The notes beneath the pieces are model-generated. The model was not told the origin of the DNA. It was given only the letters and a program-made list of their open reading frames with translations, and searched no databases. A program made the position numbers and the translations under genes. From a virus (Duplodnaviria; Heunggongvirae; Uroviricota; Caudoviricetes), in the IMG/VR virus record IMGVR_UViG_3300037504_000227, positions 11,201 to 75,200 of that record: a stretch of DNA of 64,000 bases. One strand, given 5' to 3'. Positions 39,119-49,623 of the stretch are shown piece after piece (within the stretch, counting starts at the first letter, position 1; the number at the start of each line of letters is the position of its first letter).

Positions 39119-39121
39119 TTG

Positions 39122-39592
39122 TCACTCCGATGATGTTCTAGTAATTTCAAACTCTACGTGCAGTGTTAGAGGTTGCATCAGGAAGTATGGACCCTCACCG
39201 TCTCGCAGAATCTCAAATACATCCCCTGCTGTTTCGATGTAGGAAATTACTACACTTGATGCACCGTCTAGTGTCGGGTATTTGTTAAATTCGTCAATCA
39301 ATGAGTCCACTGTATCTGATAAACTCAATAGTGTTACGCCATCATACTCATATCTTCTGTAGACTTCCAGTGTGTAAGCCCGCTCTGATGAATACTTGCC
39401 AAAGGGCGAGTTGAACGATCCTGTCTGCACTGGACCGTTGTTAAATGGGGTGACAGGCTTAATAATCAGTGCGTCGTCAACGCCGGCGTCCAGGATCTTG
39501 TAGTTTGCAATGCTGGTGTTTGTGCTACTAAACTCAGTTGTTTTCTGTGCGATTGTCTCAACCGCATTCATGGTCGTGCGCTGAAGTCCCAC
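39122..39592 (-). CDS. hypothetical protein (possible head-tail connector component)
   Basis: size and position only. Confidence 0.3.
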   Translation of the reverse strand: MGLQRTTMNAVETIAQKTTEFSSTNTSIANYKILDAGVDDALIIKPVTPFNNGPVQTGSFNSPFGKYSSERAYTLEVYRRYEYDGVTLLSLSDTVDSLIDEFNKYPTLDGASSVVISYIETAGDVFEILRDGEGPYFLMQPLTLHVEFEITRTSSE

Positions 39593-40173
39593 TATGCCCC
39601 CTCGATCAATCTGACAAACTCAATCTCAAGCTCTTTCGCCGCCTGTTCTAATGTAGTGTCTGTGGTTGGATCTGCAAGAGTCTCCTCTGGGAATGGGAAT
39701 CCCATCGTGCCACGTTCCCTCATTTGCCAGGATGACGTGCCAACCTTCTGAATGTTTGCCTGCACGGCATAAGCCGCCCTGCGTGTCCAACTAGTAGATC
39801 CTCCACGCTCTCCGCTCAATCCAAAATCTGTTTCCGCTTTTGTTCCCCCTAGCTTTACAGCAACCCAAGGCTCAAGATCCTCGATTGCCTCAGTTCTTGG
39901 CGGGCCGCCCTGCCAGATATTCTTAACCTTCGCTGGCGCAACAGATACACCTGCAACATTAGGCCCAATCACTACAGCGTCTTTTTCCACTCTTTTGCCA
40001 ACAGACGCTTGCATTTCGCCTGTATAGCGAATTGGCTCCAGCTTCCTAATCATTACACCACGAAGCTGATCGCCAATCCACGTCAACACAGCTTTCTTGC
40101 GCTTGTCAAACTGGTCAGGAATATCCTGCAATCTTCTTGCTAACGAATCAACTTGACTAGTATCAACTGGCAT
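39592..40173 (-). CDS. hypothetical protein (possible virion morphogenesis protein)
   Basis: ORF. Confidence 0.3.
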   Translation of the reverse strand: MPVDTSQVDSLARRLQDIPDQFDKRKKAVLTWIGDQLRGVMIRKLEPIRYTGEMQASVGKRVEKDAVVIGPNVAGVSVAPAKVKNIWQGGPPRTEAIEDLEPWVAVKLGGTKAETDFGLSGERGGSTSWTRRAAYAVQANIQKVGTSSWQMRERGTMGFPFPEETLADPTTDTTLEQAAKELEIEFVRLIEGA

Positions 40174-41174
40174 CAGTCGTTATCCCACATATCAGACTGG
40201 AATAGAGGCTGGATAATGTCGTCATCGTCCCTGTAGTCGTCTCGCTCATCCTCGTCAATATGACCAGCGGTAAGCCCAGCAGCCAGACTGCCTGTAGACG
40301 ATCTCTCAAGGCCGGCGTCAATCAGTGAATCAACCAATGCGCCGCCACTGCGAATCTCGTCTCTTAGGTAGTGATATAAACTTCTGAACGCACCAGTGCG
40401 AGTGTCTGCCCCTCCCTGAGCACGGAAGCCTGCTGATCTTTGTGTCAGTTCAGCCCCCATCATCACGCCCCATTTGGCGTAGGGTTTCAGGATATTGATT
40501 GCAGAGGTCGATGTTACAGGCGTATCAAACCCAGCGCCAGCAAGCCAAGTGTCTATTTCGTCTGAGATGTCTTCTTGAATATCCATAATCGCTGTTGCTG
40601 TAATGTTAGACGAGCTTGAGAACTGCCCTGTAGCTGTGGCGTGTTTAATCAGCGCCTCGACCTCTTGCAACTCAGAGTACACTGAGCGCCTACGACTGTA
40701 CAGTTTGAAGTCAAAGTCTGTGGCAGTTGCAATATTTGACCACGACCCATCATAAACTTCGCCCTCTCCATCCAGATAGGCTGGATCAGTTTGATCACAT
40801 CCCCACACAACTTCTGTTGTTCCATCTGTGTAGGTGTAGCCTGTGGACTTAAGCACAATATGATAATCCGTGGCAGATGTAAGGCTGGGTCTGTTGTCAG
40901 TGTAGAAGTCGAAATCAATATATCCATATGCTGATGCCAAAGATGATACCTTGACACCTTTTGATTTCCCGTTGGTAATCATTGCGTCTGGGTTTCCACT
41001 GTCGTCTGAGTAAATCTCAATCCACAATACGCCAGATGGTGATCCCGTAGTCTTAAGGTATAGTTGCACGCGCCCCACAGGTGCATCGCGATATAGGGAG
41101 AATCGTTGTCCCAGCCACCCGCTTGTGGTTAGGTCTTCTCCTGTGTTCTGAGTTGTATATTCTAGTAAAAGCAT
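40173..41174 (-). CDS. hypothetical protein, Ser/Thr/Asp-rich
   Basis: ORF. Confidence 0.35.
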   Translation of the reverse strand: MLLLEYTTQNTGEDLTTSGWLGQRFSLYRDAPVGRVQLYLKTTGSPSGVLWIEIYSDDSGNPDAMITNGKSKGVKVSSLASAYGYIDFDFYTDNRPSLTSATDYHIVLKSTGYTYTDGTTEVVWGCDQTDPAYLDGEGEVYDGSWSNIATATDFDFKLYSRRRSVYSELQEVEALIKHATATGQFSSSSNITATAIMDIQEDISDEIDTWLAGAGFDTPVTSTSAINILKPYAKWGVMMGAELTQRSAGFRAQGGADTRTGAFRSLYHYLRDEIRSGGALVDSLIDAGLERSSTGSLAAGLTAGHIDEDERDDYRDDDDIIQPLFQSDMWDND

Positions 41175-41205
41175 TCAATTTCTCCTGTAACCGCGATTAT
41201 GGGGG

Positions 41206-41805
41206 CTACGACGTGAACCGTAGAGCAATCTCCGGTTGGTTGCCACGCGCCAACAGCAAACCGACGAAAAACTGGACCAGTCGCTTGCCCCGGTCAATCT
41301 CAGTCGGCAGCGCCAACCCTAGCACGTTCTCGATTCGCGCTTCCCACGTCGCCCGCTCCTCTGCCGCCCACTGCTCGTCAACCAACGCGCCGATGACACT
41401 CTCGCCATCGACCTCCACGATCTCTGCCTGGCAGGCGATGTAGCAATCCGCGTCGCTGGCAATTACCGCAGCGTCCGCATCACTCCCCGCCCAGAACAGT
41501 AAAAACCAGTCGGGTGATAGAATCCCATCGACCAGTGGCAGATCGTGATCGTGCTCGGTGACGGAGTCGGGGAGCGTTAGCTGCACCCACTGTCCCGTTA
41601 CGTCAGTCACAAAGTGCTCGTGGAAAACGCCGATCTGATCGGAGTGCATCGCCAGTGAGCCGACCAGCAGGTGCGTGTGTTCGTTTCCGGCGGGGCCGCC
41701 CGTGATCCGCACGATGTCAAGCGGGTTGACGTAGCGCCCGCCAATACCATCCGGCAGCGAGGGTGTGCCGCCATCATCCCGCGCAAAAACCCATCCAGCC
41801 TTCAT
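41206..41805 (-). CDS. hypothetical protein in GC-rich island
   Basis: ORF; visibly higher GC than flanks. Confidence 0.35.
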   Translation of the reverse strand: MKAGWVFARDDGGTPSLPDGIGGRYVNPLDIVRITGGPAGNEHTHLLVGSLAMHSDQIGVFHEHFVTDVTGQWVQLTLPDSVTEHDHDLPLVDGILSPDWFLLFWAGSDADAAVIASDADCYIACQAEIVEVDGESVIGALVDEQWAAEERATWEARIENVLGLALPTEIDRGKRLVQFFVGLLLARGNQPEIALRFTS

Positions 41806-41830
41806 GTGTATTTCTCCAATTCGTTAAGCG

Positions 41831-42334
41831 TCATAGCCCCAACCTCGACCGACACGCAGTTGATAGCTGGTACGTTACAATGTCGGAAACCTCGCCCGCG
41901 GTAACAAGTCGTTCAAGCTCACCGCTGGTCTCTGTTTTAAAATTCGCAGCCAGTGCATAATTTAGTTTCACCGCTCCGCCAACGTAAGCGATGATGCTCT
42001 CATCGTCCAATTCAATGATAATTTCATCCCCGTCCGACACAGTTCCAGCCGCCGCGAATGACCGAGTGGTCAGTGCACCACCAACAATCTCCTCTAGCGA
42101 AAAAGCTCCGCTACTGTAGATTCGTATCTTCCACAGGTTGTTTGCATCCTGCCTGCGGACAAAAACCTCTATTCTGCCAGCCGTAGGTACCGCATCAACG
42201 GTAAATGTAATGTAAGCATCTGCTTCATGCGTAAATGAGTCTCCAGCAGATCTAGAGCCAGGCAACCTATCCGTTACTATACACCCGCCCAGCCCGAACA
42301 TGCCCGGTATGAATCCGCCACCGATGATCGCCAT
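41831..42334 (-). CDS. hypothetical protein in GC-rich island
   Basis: ORF. Confidence 0.35.
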   Translation of the reverse strand: MAIIGGGFIPGMFGLGGCIVTDRLPGSRSAGDSFTHEADAYITFTVDAVPTAGRIEVFVRRQDANNLWKIRIYSSGAFSLEEIVGGALTTRSFAAAGTVSDGDEIIIELDDESIIAYVGGAVKLNYALAANFKTETSGELERLVTAGEVSDIVTYQLSTACRSRLGL

Positions 42335-42358
42335 TACCCAGCCCCCATAATGCTATTA

Positions 42359-42691
42359 CTATGTGTTGTCAGTGTAATACGCAACTGAATACCCACATGT
42401 GTTTGCGCCAGACAGATTCAAGTTAAGCGCACTGTTATCCCCTAACTGCCAAAACGTCTTTGGATGGAATTCCTTGGTAATCCCATCTCCCTGATCCTGT
42501 CCCAGCAGCCGATAAACATCGCTTGCGCCAGACTGCAGCTTCATAGTGGTCGCAGTAGATGTTTCATTTTGTATCGTAAACCCGGTCACAACAATTTGTC
42601 GTCCAGATCCAGGCGCGGCAACTAGTTCGTTTGTTCCAGACGACGCTGTGGTGCTGGAAATATACGTTAGGTCAATCATCCTATTGGTCAT
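42359..42691 (-). CDS. hypothetical protein
   Basis: ORF. Confidence 0.35.
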   Translation of the reverse strand: MTNRMIDLTYISSTTASSGTNELVAAPGSGRQIVVTGFTIQNETSTATTMKLQSGASDVYRLLGQDQGDGITKEFHPKTFWQLGDNSALNLNLSGANTCGYSVAYYTDNT

Positions 42692-43367
42692 TATTGTCCC
42701 ACCTATTGTACTGCCTGAAGTGTGCGTTCGTTATCCCGTTGATGCTGATATGCACACACTGAACGTTCATATCTAGATATGTTTTATACCCCTGCTCTTT
42801 CGCGTTAAGACAAAACAGAACATCCTCGCCTAGATTCTCTCCGTGTTTACCGAACCTTGGCTCTGGTATCACCTCAACAACCTCACGCTTGATTACAATT
42901 AGCCCGAACCCAATACAATCACACGGAATGATCGAGTCGTCATAATCCCCAACAAAATACGTGCTCTGGATAGGGACTTGTTGCTCCTGATGCCAATTGA
43001 GCACTGTCTGGCTGATGGATCTGGTCTTGTTGTCCGGCGTCATCTCAAATGCACAGGCCACAGGCACGTCGCGTCTTCCGTAGTACAACCCGCCTACAAT
43101 CGGCAAATTATCCTCAATCAGCCTCATAATAGAGTTGGGATGGATCGCCATGTCGCTGTCTATGAAGCACAAGTGTGTGGCGTCAGATTCTAGAAATGAC
43201 TCTGCAACCCACTCCCTGCCCTGATGGATGTAGGTAGGGCTACACGCTGCCCTGTAGACCTCAATTCCGTTTTGCTGAACGACACTCAACGCATTTGCAA
43301 CAGTGTCAACGTGGTCCCAGAACGCAATGCGCTCCCGCAACGTGCCGACAAATAACTTGATATCCAT
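42681..43367 (-). CDS. GT-A-fold glycosyltransferase-like protein
   Basis: FIDSDMAI DxD-like motif; paralogous to 50540-51208. Confidence 0.4.
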   Translation of the reverse strand: MDIKLFVGTLRERIAFWDHVDTVANALSVVQQNGIEVYRAACSPTYIHQGREWVAESFLESDATHLCFIDSDMAIHPNSIMRLIEDNLPIVGGLYYGRRDVPVACAFEMTPDNKTRSISQTVLNWHQEQQVPIQSTYFVGDYDDSIIPCDCIGFGLIVIKREVVEVIPEPRFGKHGENLGEDVLFCLNAKEQGYKTYLDMNVQCVHISINGITNAHFRQYNRWDNNDQ

Positions 43368-43387
43368 CTAGCTTATCTCCGATTTTA

Positions 43388-44704
43388 TCAAACTGTGGAA
43401 GGCGATTCAAGGTTGTGTTCAAAGCCCAGAACACGTTCTGCTTTCTCTGTACTGATTAGTTGATCTGGCACCTCTTGATCTGGATATTCTTGTTGCACGA
43501 ACGCTTCAACGTCCACGCAATCAGGTGGATAACGGTCACAAATGTTAAACGCCTCGTACCAGAACTCTTGTTCTGATTCAACAGCAAGGACGATGGCCTG
43601 CACAGCATACTCTGGCGTGCAATTGGCAAAGAACGCGCCTTTGCGATAGGACGTATCGGTTTCCCAATCATAACCGTCAGGATATTGATCCTCTTTTGTG
43701 TTACAGGGAGCAAGGCGAAGCGCGACAGTTTCAACTAGATGGTTGGTGCCGTAGTATGCCAACAGTTGTTCTGCCATTACCTTGCTTTGGTTGTAGGAAT
43801 CCAACGCGCCACTGGATGCACCCTCTATGCTTGCTGGCGGTGTTTCCTCTGTGATGGGCAATTCTGGATATAGTTTGCCGTCGATGTTGCACCCGTAATA
43901 CGCTGTCGAACTGGTGTAAATCACCCGTTTCACGCCAGCTTGTTTAGCGCACCACAGGACATTATTTGTACCTAGGACATTAACGTTAATGTAGTCATCC
44001 ATTGTCCCTGAGTTGGGATGCGGGATGCCTGCGCAATGGACAACTGTATGACATCCTTGCATTGCCCCAAGTAAAGCTTGGCGGTCGAGGATGTTTTGTC
44101 CGTTCTTCAAATCATATCCCACAGCGCCACCCAGCGCCTTCATGACCAAGCTACCAATCTTCCCAGCGCTGCCAGTCACCAATGTAGCTTGCTCTCTTGC
44201 TTCGACTAACATATCTGTGTCTCCGTGTTTCACGTATGCCTCCTCAATATCAAGCCGCTGCGCTCTATTGAACCCTGCCTCTATTAGACATTCCTCAAGA
44301 AACTCAAAAGTGAATACTGATTTATGTTCTGTCCCGGGCGATCCTTCGTCCATCCAGAACAGCTTCCGATTGAGCCATATACCAAGATTGACAGACTCCA
44401 TTGCGTCTATTTCGCCAGACGTGTACAAATCGACAATCAAATCAAAGTCGTGTGTCTGGACTTTCAGCATACCTGTGGGCTTCAACACACGATGAAACTC
44501 TTTCAGAAACTCAATTGTATCTGTCCAAGGGATATGCTCTAAAACATGTGACAGGAGAATTTCGTCGCAGGAATTGGACAAGAATGGCAAGTTGAATCCA
44601 TCTGCTACCAAATCGACATCAGGATATACTTGCCAGTCTACGTGTATATATCCTAGTGTTGGATATCTGCCAGATCCAATGTCAAGACGTATACCATTCG
44701 ACAA
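43388..44704 (-). CDS. bifunctional class I SAM methyltransferase / NAD(P)-dependent sugar epimerase-dehydratase (SDR)
   Basis: N-terminal LDIGSG...ILLSHVLEHI; C-terminal Rossmann VTGSAGKIGSLV. Confidence 0.55.
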   Translation of the reverse strand: MSNGIRLDIGSGRYPTLGYIHVDWQVYPDVDLVADGFNLPFLSNSCDEILLSHVLEHIPWTDTIEFLKEFHRVLKPTGMLKVQTHDFDLIVDLYTSGEIDAMESVNLGIWLNRKLFWMDEGSPGTEHKSVFTFEFLEECLIEAGFNRAQRLDIEEAYVKHGDTDMLVEAREQATLVTGSAGKIGSLVMKALGGAVGYDLKNGQNILDRQALLGAMQGCHTVVHCAGIPHPNSGTMDDYINVNVLGTNNVLWCAKQAGVKRVIYTSSTAYYGCNIDGKLYPELPITEETPPASIEGASSGALDSYNQSKVMAEQLLAYYGTNHLVETVALRLAPCNTKEDQYPDGYDWETDTSYRKGAFFANCTPEYAVQAIVLAVESEQEFWYEAFNICDRYPPDCVDVEAFVQQEYPDQEVPDQLISTEKAERVLGFEHNLESPSTV

Positions 44705-45632
44705 GCTTGGCTATCCCTTCTGGCAACGGTGTAGGCTCAAAGTCTGACACAATCGCCTTCATTCTGGATACGTCACACATTCGTGCTGGATACCCATCTG
44801 GATACGACGTGTCAAAGAAAGCCTCTTTCTCTGTTCCGAGTGTGCCCTGAATAATCTCTAGCAGTTCCCGAATAGATACAACCTCCCCGCTTGCCACGTT
44901 GATTGGATAGGGCAATGGGCCACTCTCTGCCAGCTTCATTGTGACTCTGGCGGCGTCCTCAGCAAACATAAATTCCCTGATCTGTTTGCCAGTCCCAAAA
45001 ACGTGCATTCTATCTTGCTCTAAACACTTGCGGATCAGCGCCGGGATGACGTGAGATCGGTCGTGCCTGAACTCGTCTCCAATTCCGTACAGGTTGGTGT
45101 AGCGCGTCATAATGATGGGCAACCCATATTCTTCGTGTGCCCATAGAGCATAACGCTCCCCCATTCTCTTTGCCCATCCGTACCCTGCATTGGTTGGCTC
45201 TGGCTCCTTGCTATGTCCTGTCTCTTCTTGAGATGGATATGCATACTCAGGGGCGTAAACACAGACAGTGGAGCAACAGTGGAACATTTTTGCCTTACCT
45301 TCAATTGCCATTTTCAAAGGCTCAACTTGTAGCCTGACATTCTCGTAGAACATATCTGCGTGGTGTTCGCGGTTATAGTGCATCCCTGTCACCTTGGCTG
45401 CCAGGTTAAACACCACATCCTTGTTCTCATACAACTTTGTATTATTCCAGTCCGCTGCGTCGCCCTCAAATACGTGAATATCAGGCGCAATGTCCTCAAT
45501 AAATTCCCACTTACCCCTAGAGAAATCGTCTAGGATCGTGACTCTTGCGCCCTGTTCAACCAACAATCGGCACAGGGCATTTCCCACCATCCCTGCGCCA
45601 CCAGTAACTAGTACGTCTTTGTTATTCCACAC
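44682..45632 (-). CDS. NAD-dependent nucleotide-sugar epimerase/dehydratase (extended SDR)
   Basis: VLVTGGAGMVGNALCRLL Rossmann motif and YGWAKRMGE (YxxxK). Confidence 0.7.
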   Translation of the reverse strand: MWNNKDVLVTGGAGMVGNALCRLLVEQGARVTILDDFSRGKWEFIEDIAPDIHVFEGDAADWNNTKLYENKDVVFNLAAKVTGMHYNREHHADMFYENVRLQVEPLKMAIEGKAKMFHCCSTVCVYAPEYAYPSQEETGHSKEPEPTNAGYGWAKRMGERYALWAHEEYGLPIIMTRYTNLYGIGDEFRHDRSHVIPALIRKCLEQDRMHVFGTGKQIREFMFAEDAARVTMKLAESGPLPYPINVASGEVVSIRELLEIIQGTLGTEKEAFFDTSYPDGYPARMCDVSRMKAIVSDFEPTPLPEGIAKLVEWYTS

Positions 45633-46422
45633 GCTGAATCTCCCTCAAATACGACCTGTAAATGTTCTCCTGAACCCACGGATGGATTGGGTACCTGTCT
45701 TCCCCAAGCCCGTGGAAGTGGTAGAAAACGATGGGGTATAACCCCTCAACCTTCCAACTCTCATAAGTGTACTGCATCTGGTTCCAGGGTGCTAAATTGC
45801 ACCCCAAGTGTTCTACAATATGCGCTCCATAATCTTGAGGCCAGTAATCCAAATATCCTTGCGTGCCACAGATTTGACCTCTTCCTGGCCCCGGACGCGG
45901 ATCTGTCCACACCAAGTCCCATTCGATACAGTTCTCAAGCCACTCGTTGACACAATCTCTCCCAATCTGTGTGTTCCTAAAATACGTCGCACCACCATTG
46001 TATACGCCTGTTCGTTTGGCTAAGTGCTGCAATTGGGGAGGGAATCTGTGGGGATGAACCGCAACGTCAGCAGTCTTGATCTCTCCAAAGAGAGGGCGAG
46101 GGCTATTGAAAAACCAAATGTCGCCATCGAGCATCATCACGCGCTCTAGGCCGACATCTAACAGAAACGCAGGGAAAGCAGGCTGGAACAACCAGATATA
46201 CTCTACATAGTTCCTGTTGTCTTTTTGCGCTGCGATCTCAGGCGTCTCAACCTTGTGCTTTGGTATGACGTGGATTCCGTGTCCCTGAGCAGCCTTATAG
46301 ACATCATCATCCAGCGCCAGCAAAAACAGTTCAGCTTTCGGCTCGTGCCTCCGTATCGACTGGAGCATTGTCAGCGTCCTCTTCCAATACCCCATGTCGC
46401 TCATCGTCGCAAACTGGTACAT
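45622..46422 (-). CDS. nucleotide-diphospho-sugar transferase-like protein (start uncertain)
   Basis: DGDIWFF motif; track ORF N-terminus overlaps upstream gene by ~270 nt, so internal Met chosen. Confidence 0.35.
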   Translation of the reverse strand: MYQFATMSDMGYWKRTLTMLQSIRRHEPKAELFLLALDDDVYKAAQGHGIHVIPKHKVETPEIAAQKDNRNYVEYIWLFQPAFPAFLLDVGLERVMMLDGDIWFFNSPRPLFGEIKTADVAVHPHRFPPQLQHLAKRTGVYNGGATYFRNTQIGRDCVNEWLENCIEWDLVWTDPRPGPGRGQICGTQGYLDYWPQDYGAHIVEHLGCNLAPWNQMQYTYESWKVEGLYPIVFYHFHGLGEDRYPIHPWVQENIYRSYLREIQRVE

Positions 46423-47107
46423 ACTTTTCAAACGTCTCCCTGCCAACATCCCATCCTTGCTTCGAGATGTCCTTGTTGGCTTTGTGTGTCTCAGATGTGT
46501 TGTCTGGTCGCTCGTGCCATAGATGGAATAGCCCTGGACCCTCAATCCACTTAATCTTGTGTGGCAGCCTGTTCGACAGGTCTGTGTCAATATATCCCCA
46601 TCCACTCATTCGTTCGTCGTACCCACCAGCGTCCATCAACGTTTCTCTGTGGAATACACCGAAGTCTCCAAGTGAAGTTAATGGGTGAAGCTCGCCATCC
46701 CAATCGTCAGAACAAAATCGCCAAGGGTTAATCTCTGCCATCGCCTCCGCACTTGCTTCCTCTGAAAGATCAAATCGCTGGTGGTAAAGTTGAGTTTCTG
46801 GCTCTAGTTCTGCATTAACTACAGCCAGCAGGTTAGGTGCCCATAGGCAATGACTGCACGCAATAATAATGTATTCTCCCTTGGCGTGCGCAATCCCGCA
46901 GTTGATCGCAGTCGGCTTGTGCCACTCATCAAGTGGCAAGTCAATAAACTTGACGCCCTTCTTTCTTTTCTTCTTGCCACTACAATTTACAACCAGAACT
47001 TCGTGCTCCGGGGCGTCAGCCTGCCATCCCAAACTTTTCAAGAGATAAGTAACACTCTTGTCCTTAAAGGCTGTCAATATGGTGAATTTCAATTCAAGGT
47101 CCTCCAA
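46331..47107 (-). CDS. glycosyltransferase-like protein
   Basis: ORF in glycan island. Confidence 0.35.
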   Translation of the reverse strand: MEDLELKFTILTAFKDKSVTYLLKSLGWQADAPEHEVLVVNCSGKKKRKKGVKFIDLPLDEWHKPTAINCGIAHAKGEYIIIACSHCLWAPNLLAVVNAELEPETQLYHQRFDLSEEASAEAMAEINPWRFCSDDWDGELHPLTSLGDFGVFHRETLMDAGGYDERMSGWGYIDTDLSNRLPHKIKWIEGPGLFHLWHERPDNTSETHKANKDISKQGWDVGRETFEKYVPVCDDERHGVLEEDADNAPVDTEARAES

Positions 47108-47949
47108 TGCACTGTGTCCAAATCGTACTTGCGCGTTACAGCTAAAGCTTCATCTTTGTAGATCTTCTTAAGCTTTTCCTCTAGGTCTGGATCTAGTGTC
47201 GGCTTCTTATTGCCAAATCTAGGCGACAGGATCTCCCTGTCAAACCAATACATCGCCTCGATAAATGTCTTGTCCGACTCGGATAGATTTATACCTTGCG
47301 TCACCCCGCCCCGACTGTATTCGCTATACCTGACGCTTTTTAGAATAAGCTCAAACCTTATTCGCTCTAATGAGTATATACCGGCTTGCGGACTGTTGCC
47401 GTTGAACTCTATGAACACACGACGCAAGGATAGAAGTTCATAGATCCTGTCCATTGCCTGTTGTGTGTCGTCAATCAACTCCTGGTGAGTCAGGACTAGG
47501 ACATCATCATAGCGACTTAATCCAGACGCATATCTTCCAAATTCTATCACTTCGTTAGACCTCGGCCAATGTTCCATCCTGTGCTCCAGAATGTCAGGCA
47601 GTCCTACGTTGATGGGTAGTACAGGTAGAAGCCCGGTCCTCATATAGTGATGATAGGCAGAGATCAAACGGTCGATGGGATCTCTCAAGACAGCAATCAG
47701 TTTTGCTCCCTGATTTAGCTGTTTGAATTCCCCGCATCGCCCACACAGCAACGTGGGGCGCTTGATGCCCACAACCTTTAGATGGTTTGGAACCTCGCCC
47801 TCGAACAATTGTTCTTTTGTTGTTGCCCAGTCTGCGTTCCCTGTTTCCCCTTTGGGCATCCATACGTCTGGGTGTGTTCTGAGCAGTCGGTGCAAGAACG
47901 TGGTGCCTGATCGCGGCGCTCCAATAATCGCAAAGTCTACAGCGCCCAC
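47089..47949 (-). CDS. PAPS-dependent sulfotransferase
   Basis: 5'-PSB loop IIGAPRSGTTFLHRLL and 3'-PB motif VLRDPIDRLISAY. Confidence 0.7.
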   Translation of the reverse strand: MGAVDFAIIGAPRSGTTFLHRLLRTHPDVWMPKGETGNADWATTKEQLFEGEVPNHLKVVGIKRPTLLCGRCGEFKQLNQGAKLIAVLRDPIDRLISAYHHYMRTGLLPVLPINVGLPDILEHRMEHWPRSNEVIEFGRYASGLSRYDDVLVLTHQELIDDTQQAMDRIYELLSLRRVFIEFNGNSPQAGIYSLERIRFELILKSVRYSEYSRGGVTQGINLSESDKTFIEAMYWFDREILSPRFGNKKPTLDPDLEEKLKKIYKDEALAVTRKYDLDTVHWRTLN

Positions 47950-48860
47950 AGAATCTCCTCTCGAAGCCGCTTCTCTAGTTGATCCATTCTTTTTCTGATT
48001 GGCTCTGGATGCGTGCCACTGAACTCATATGTTCTGCATTCTCCCCTGAACGATGGTCTGAAGTGGTGTGGTCCATCAAACTTATTTTCCACTTCCTGCC
48101 TTTGCCCCAGCATCCAAGGCTTGTAGACTTTGTGCCAGTATTGCGAGATGGTCTTATTGGGACGAATGCCCTCATAATACTTCGTTTTCCAATACATCTG
48201 CATTGGGAAGATCTTGCCATAGTGATACAGCCTAATGCCCTCCTGGGCTAGCTCTTCATATCCTAAATGACGATGCTCCCCCCAGGGCTTCATTGTCTGT
48301 GGGTTCAGTATAGTTGGGGGGCGGTGAGTGAGCCACTTAGCGCCGGGGTAAACACGCTGGATTCTGTGCATCTCAAACGCCTCCTCCCATCCTCCAAGAA
48401 CTGTGTTGAAGCTCCCGAAAAATGAATAGGGTTTGAATCCCACAGAGTCATAGTTATCTAGATGATCAAGGACGGACTCAACATCCTCTGCCTTGTATAC
48501 TTCATCTGAGTCAATGTGCCAGATGTGAGTTTCGTCCTCTAGGTACTTCATATACTCATTGCACATCTCATCTTTCTCAGGCCATTGTCCAGTGATAACT
48601 TTAATCTTGGACTCTGGGTCAGGGAAGTTGCGCAGGATTTGTAGGGTGTCATCGAATGACGACAGGAATCCCTCAGAAACCCAGTGCTGCACTGGACCCT
48701 CAACCACAATGATTTGATGGGCGTATGGGTAGATGCTTTCTAGGCACGGCTCAAGGATATGATCTCCGTTGAACACAATCATCCCGAATGAGACTTTAGC
48801 CATCGTCCACTTCTTTGGCGCAGAGCTGGTACTTTTCCACCTTAGTCGTGAAGTCTTCAA
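47937..48860 (-). CDS. glycosyltransferase-like protein
   Basis: FGMIVFNGDHILEPCLESIYPYAHQIIVVEG resembles GT-A N-terminus. Confidence 0.4.
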   Translation of the reverse strand: MKTSRLRWKSTSSAPKKWTMAKVSFGMIVFNGDHILEPCLESIYPYAHQIIVVEGPVQHWVSEGFLSSFDDTLQILRNFPDPESKIKVITGQWPEKDEMCNEYMKYLEDETHIWHIDSDEVYKAEDVESVLDHLDNYDSVGFKPYSFFGSFNTVLGGWEEAFEMHRIQRVYPGAKWLTHRPPTILNPQTMKPWGEHRHLGYEELAQEGIRLYHYGKIFPMQMYWKTKYYEGIRPNKTISQYWHKVYKPWMLGQRQEVENKFDGPHHFRPSFRGECRTYEFSGTHPEPIRKRMDQLEKRLREEILWAL

Positions 48861-49011
48861 TCATCTTTGCTGTGACAATGCGCTCTATTTTGATCATGCC
48901 AAATGTATCCGTGTCGAGCTCCAGCCTGACATGCGTCACATATTTAGAATCTATCCCAAGAGCCTCTAATAGCTCTGGTACAATCTCGTCGTGTATTGTA
49001 ATAACACTCAT
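48796..49011 (-). CDS. hypothetical small protein
   Basis: ORF. Confidence 0.3.
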   Translation of the reverse strand: MSVITIHDEIVPELLEALGIDSKYVTHVRLELDTDTFGMIKIERIVTAKMIEDFTTKVEKYQLCAKEVDDG

Positions 49012-49012
49012 T

Positions 49013-49573
49013 TCAAAACTCCCAATCGTATCTACGCATCAGCGTAAAGCATCCAATTCCATAATACCAAGGCTCTGTAGTTGGTTCCTCTCTCATTGCA
49101 ACCTCAATTGGCGCAGGGTTCCATTTGCCTTCGCGCTTTACATATCCTGTACTGTGTATGACCATATATCCCCACAGCAGCCTTGGCAGTCGATGTTTCC
49201 CATACACTCTGTGCATCGGGCTGAACACAGAATCTATTCCAACAGGGATAGTGAGGATCATTGTTGCCCCTGGCTCCATGATTTCCAAGAGCTTCCTCAT
49301 TCCCCATATGTCTCCTTCTGACAGGCTCGTCTCCACGTCGTATCGTCCCGCCAGTCCAAAGTGCTCGATACTAGACACATTTAGAACCCAGTTGAACTTA
49401 TCTGCTGGCATATAATTCAACAGGTCGCCGTGGACAAACTCAACCCCACGCGGAACATGGGGCTTCTGTAACCCAATGGCAGTCACATCATACCCACGAT
49501 CACTAGCGATTTTCGATAGGGGAGCGTTCTCTGACGGTCCGATGTCGAGTAGTCGCCCGCCGCCAGGGGGCAA
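49013..49573 (-). CDS. class I SAM-dependent methyltransferase (FkbM-like)
   Basis: RLLDIGPSEN motif I. Confidence 0.5.
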   Translation of the reverse strand: MPPGGGRLLDIGPSENAPLSKIASDRGYDVTAIGLQKPHVPRGVEFVHGDLLNYMPADKFNWVLNVSSIEHFGLAGRYDVETSLSEGDIWGMRKLLEIMEPGATMILTIPVGIDSVFSPMHRVYGKHRLPRLLWGYMVIHSTGYVKREGKWNPAPIEVAMREEPTTEPWYYGIGCFTLMRRYDWEF

Positions 49574-49623
49574 AACATTCTTGGCATACCCCCACTCTAC
49601 CAGCCTGTCTCCTGATAAGTCCC

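Noticed and set aside
45622-46605. Full-length 327-aa ORF as given in the track
   Set aside because: Its first ~60 codons overlap the 3' end of the upstream gene (46331-47107) by about 275 nt with low-complexity translation; an internal Met start is likelier.
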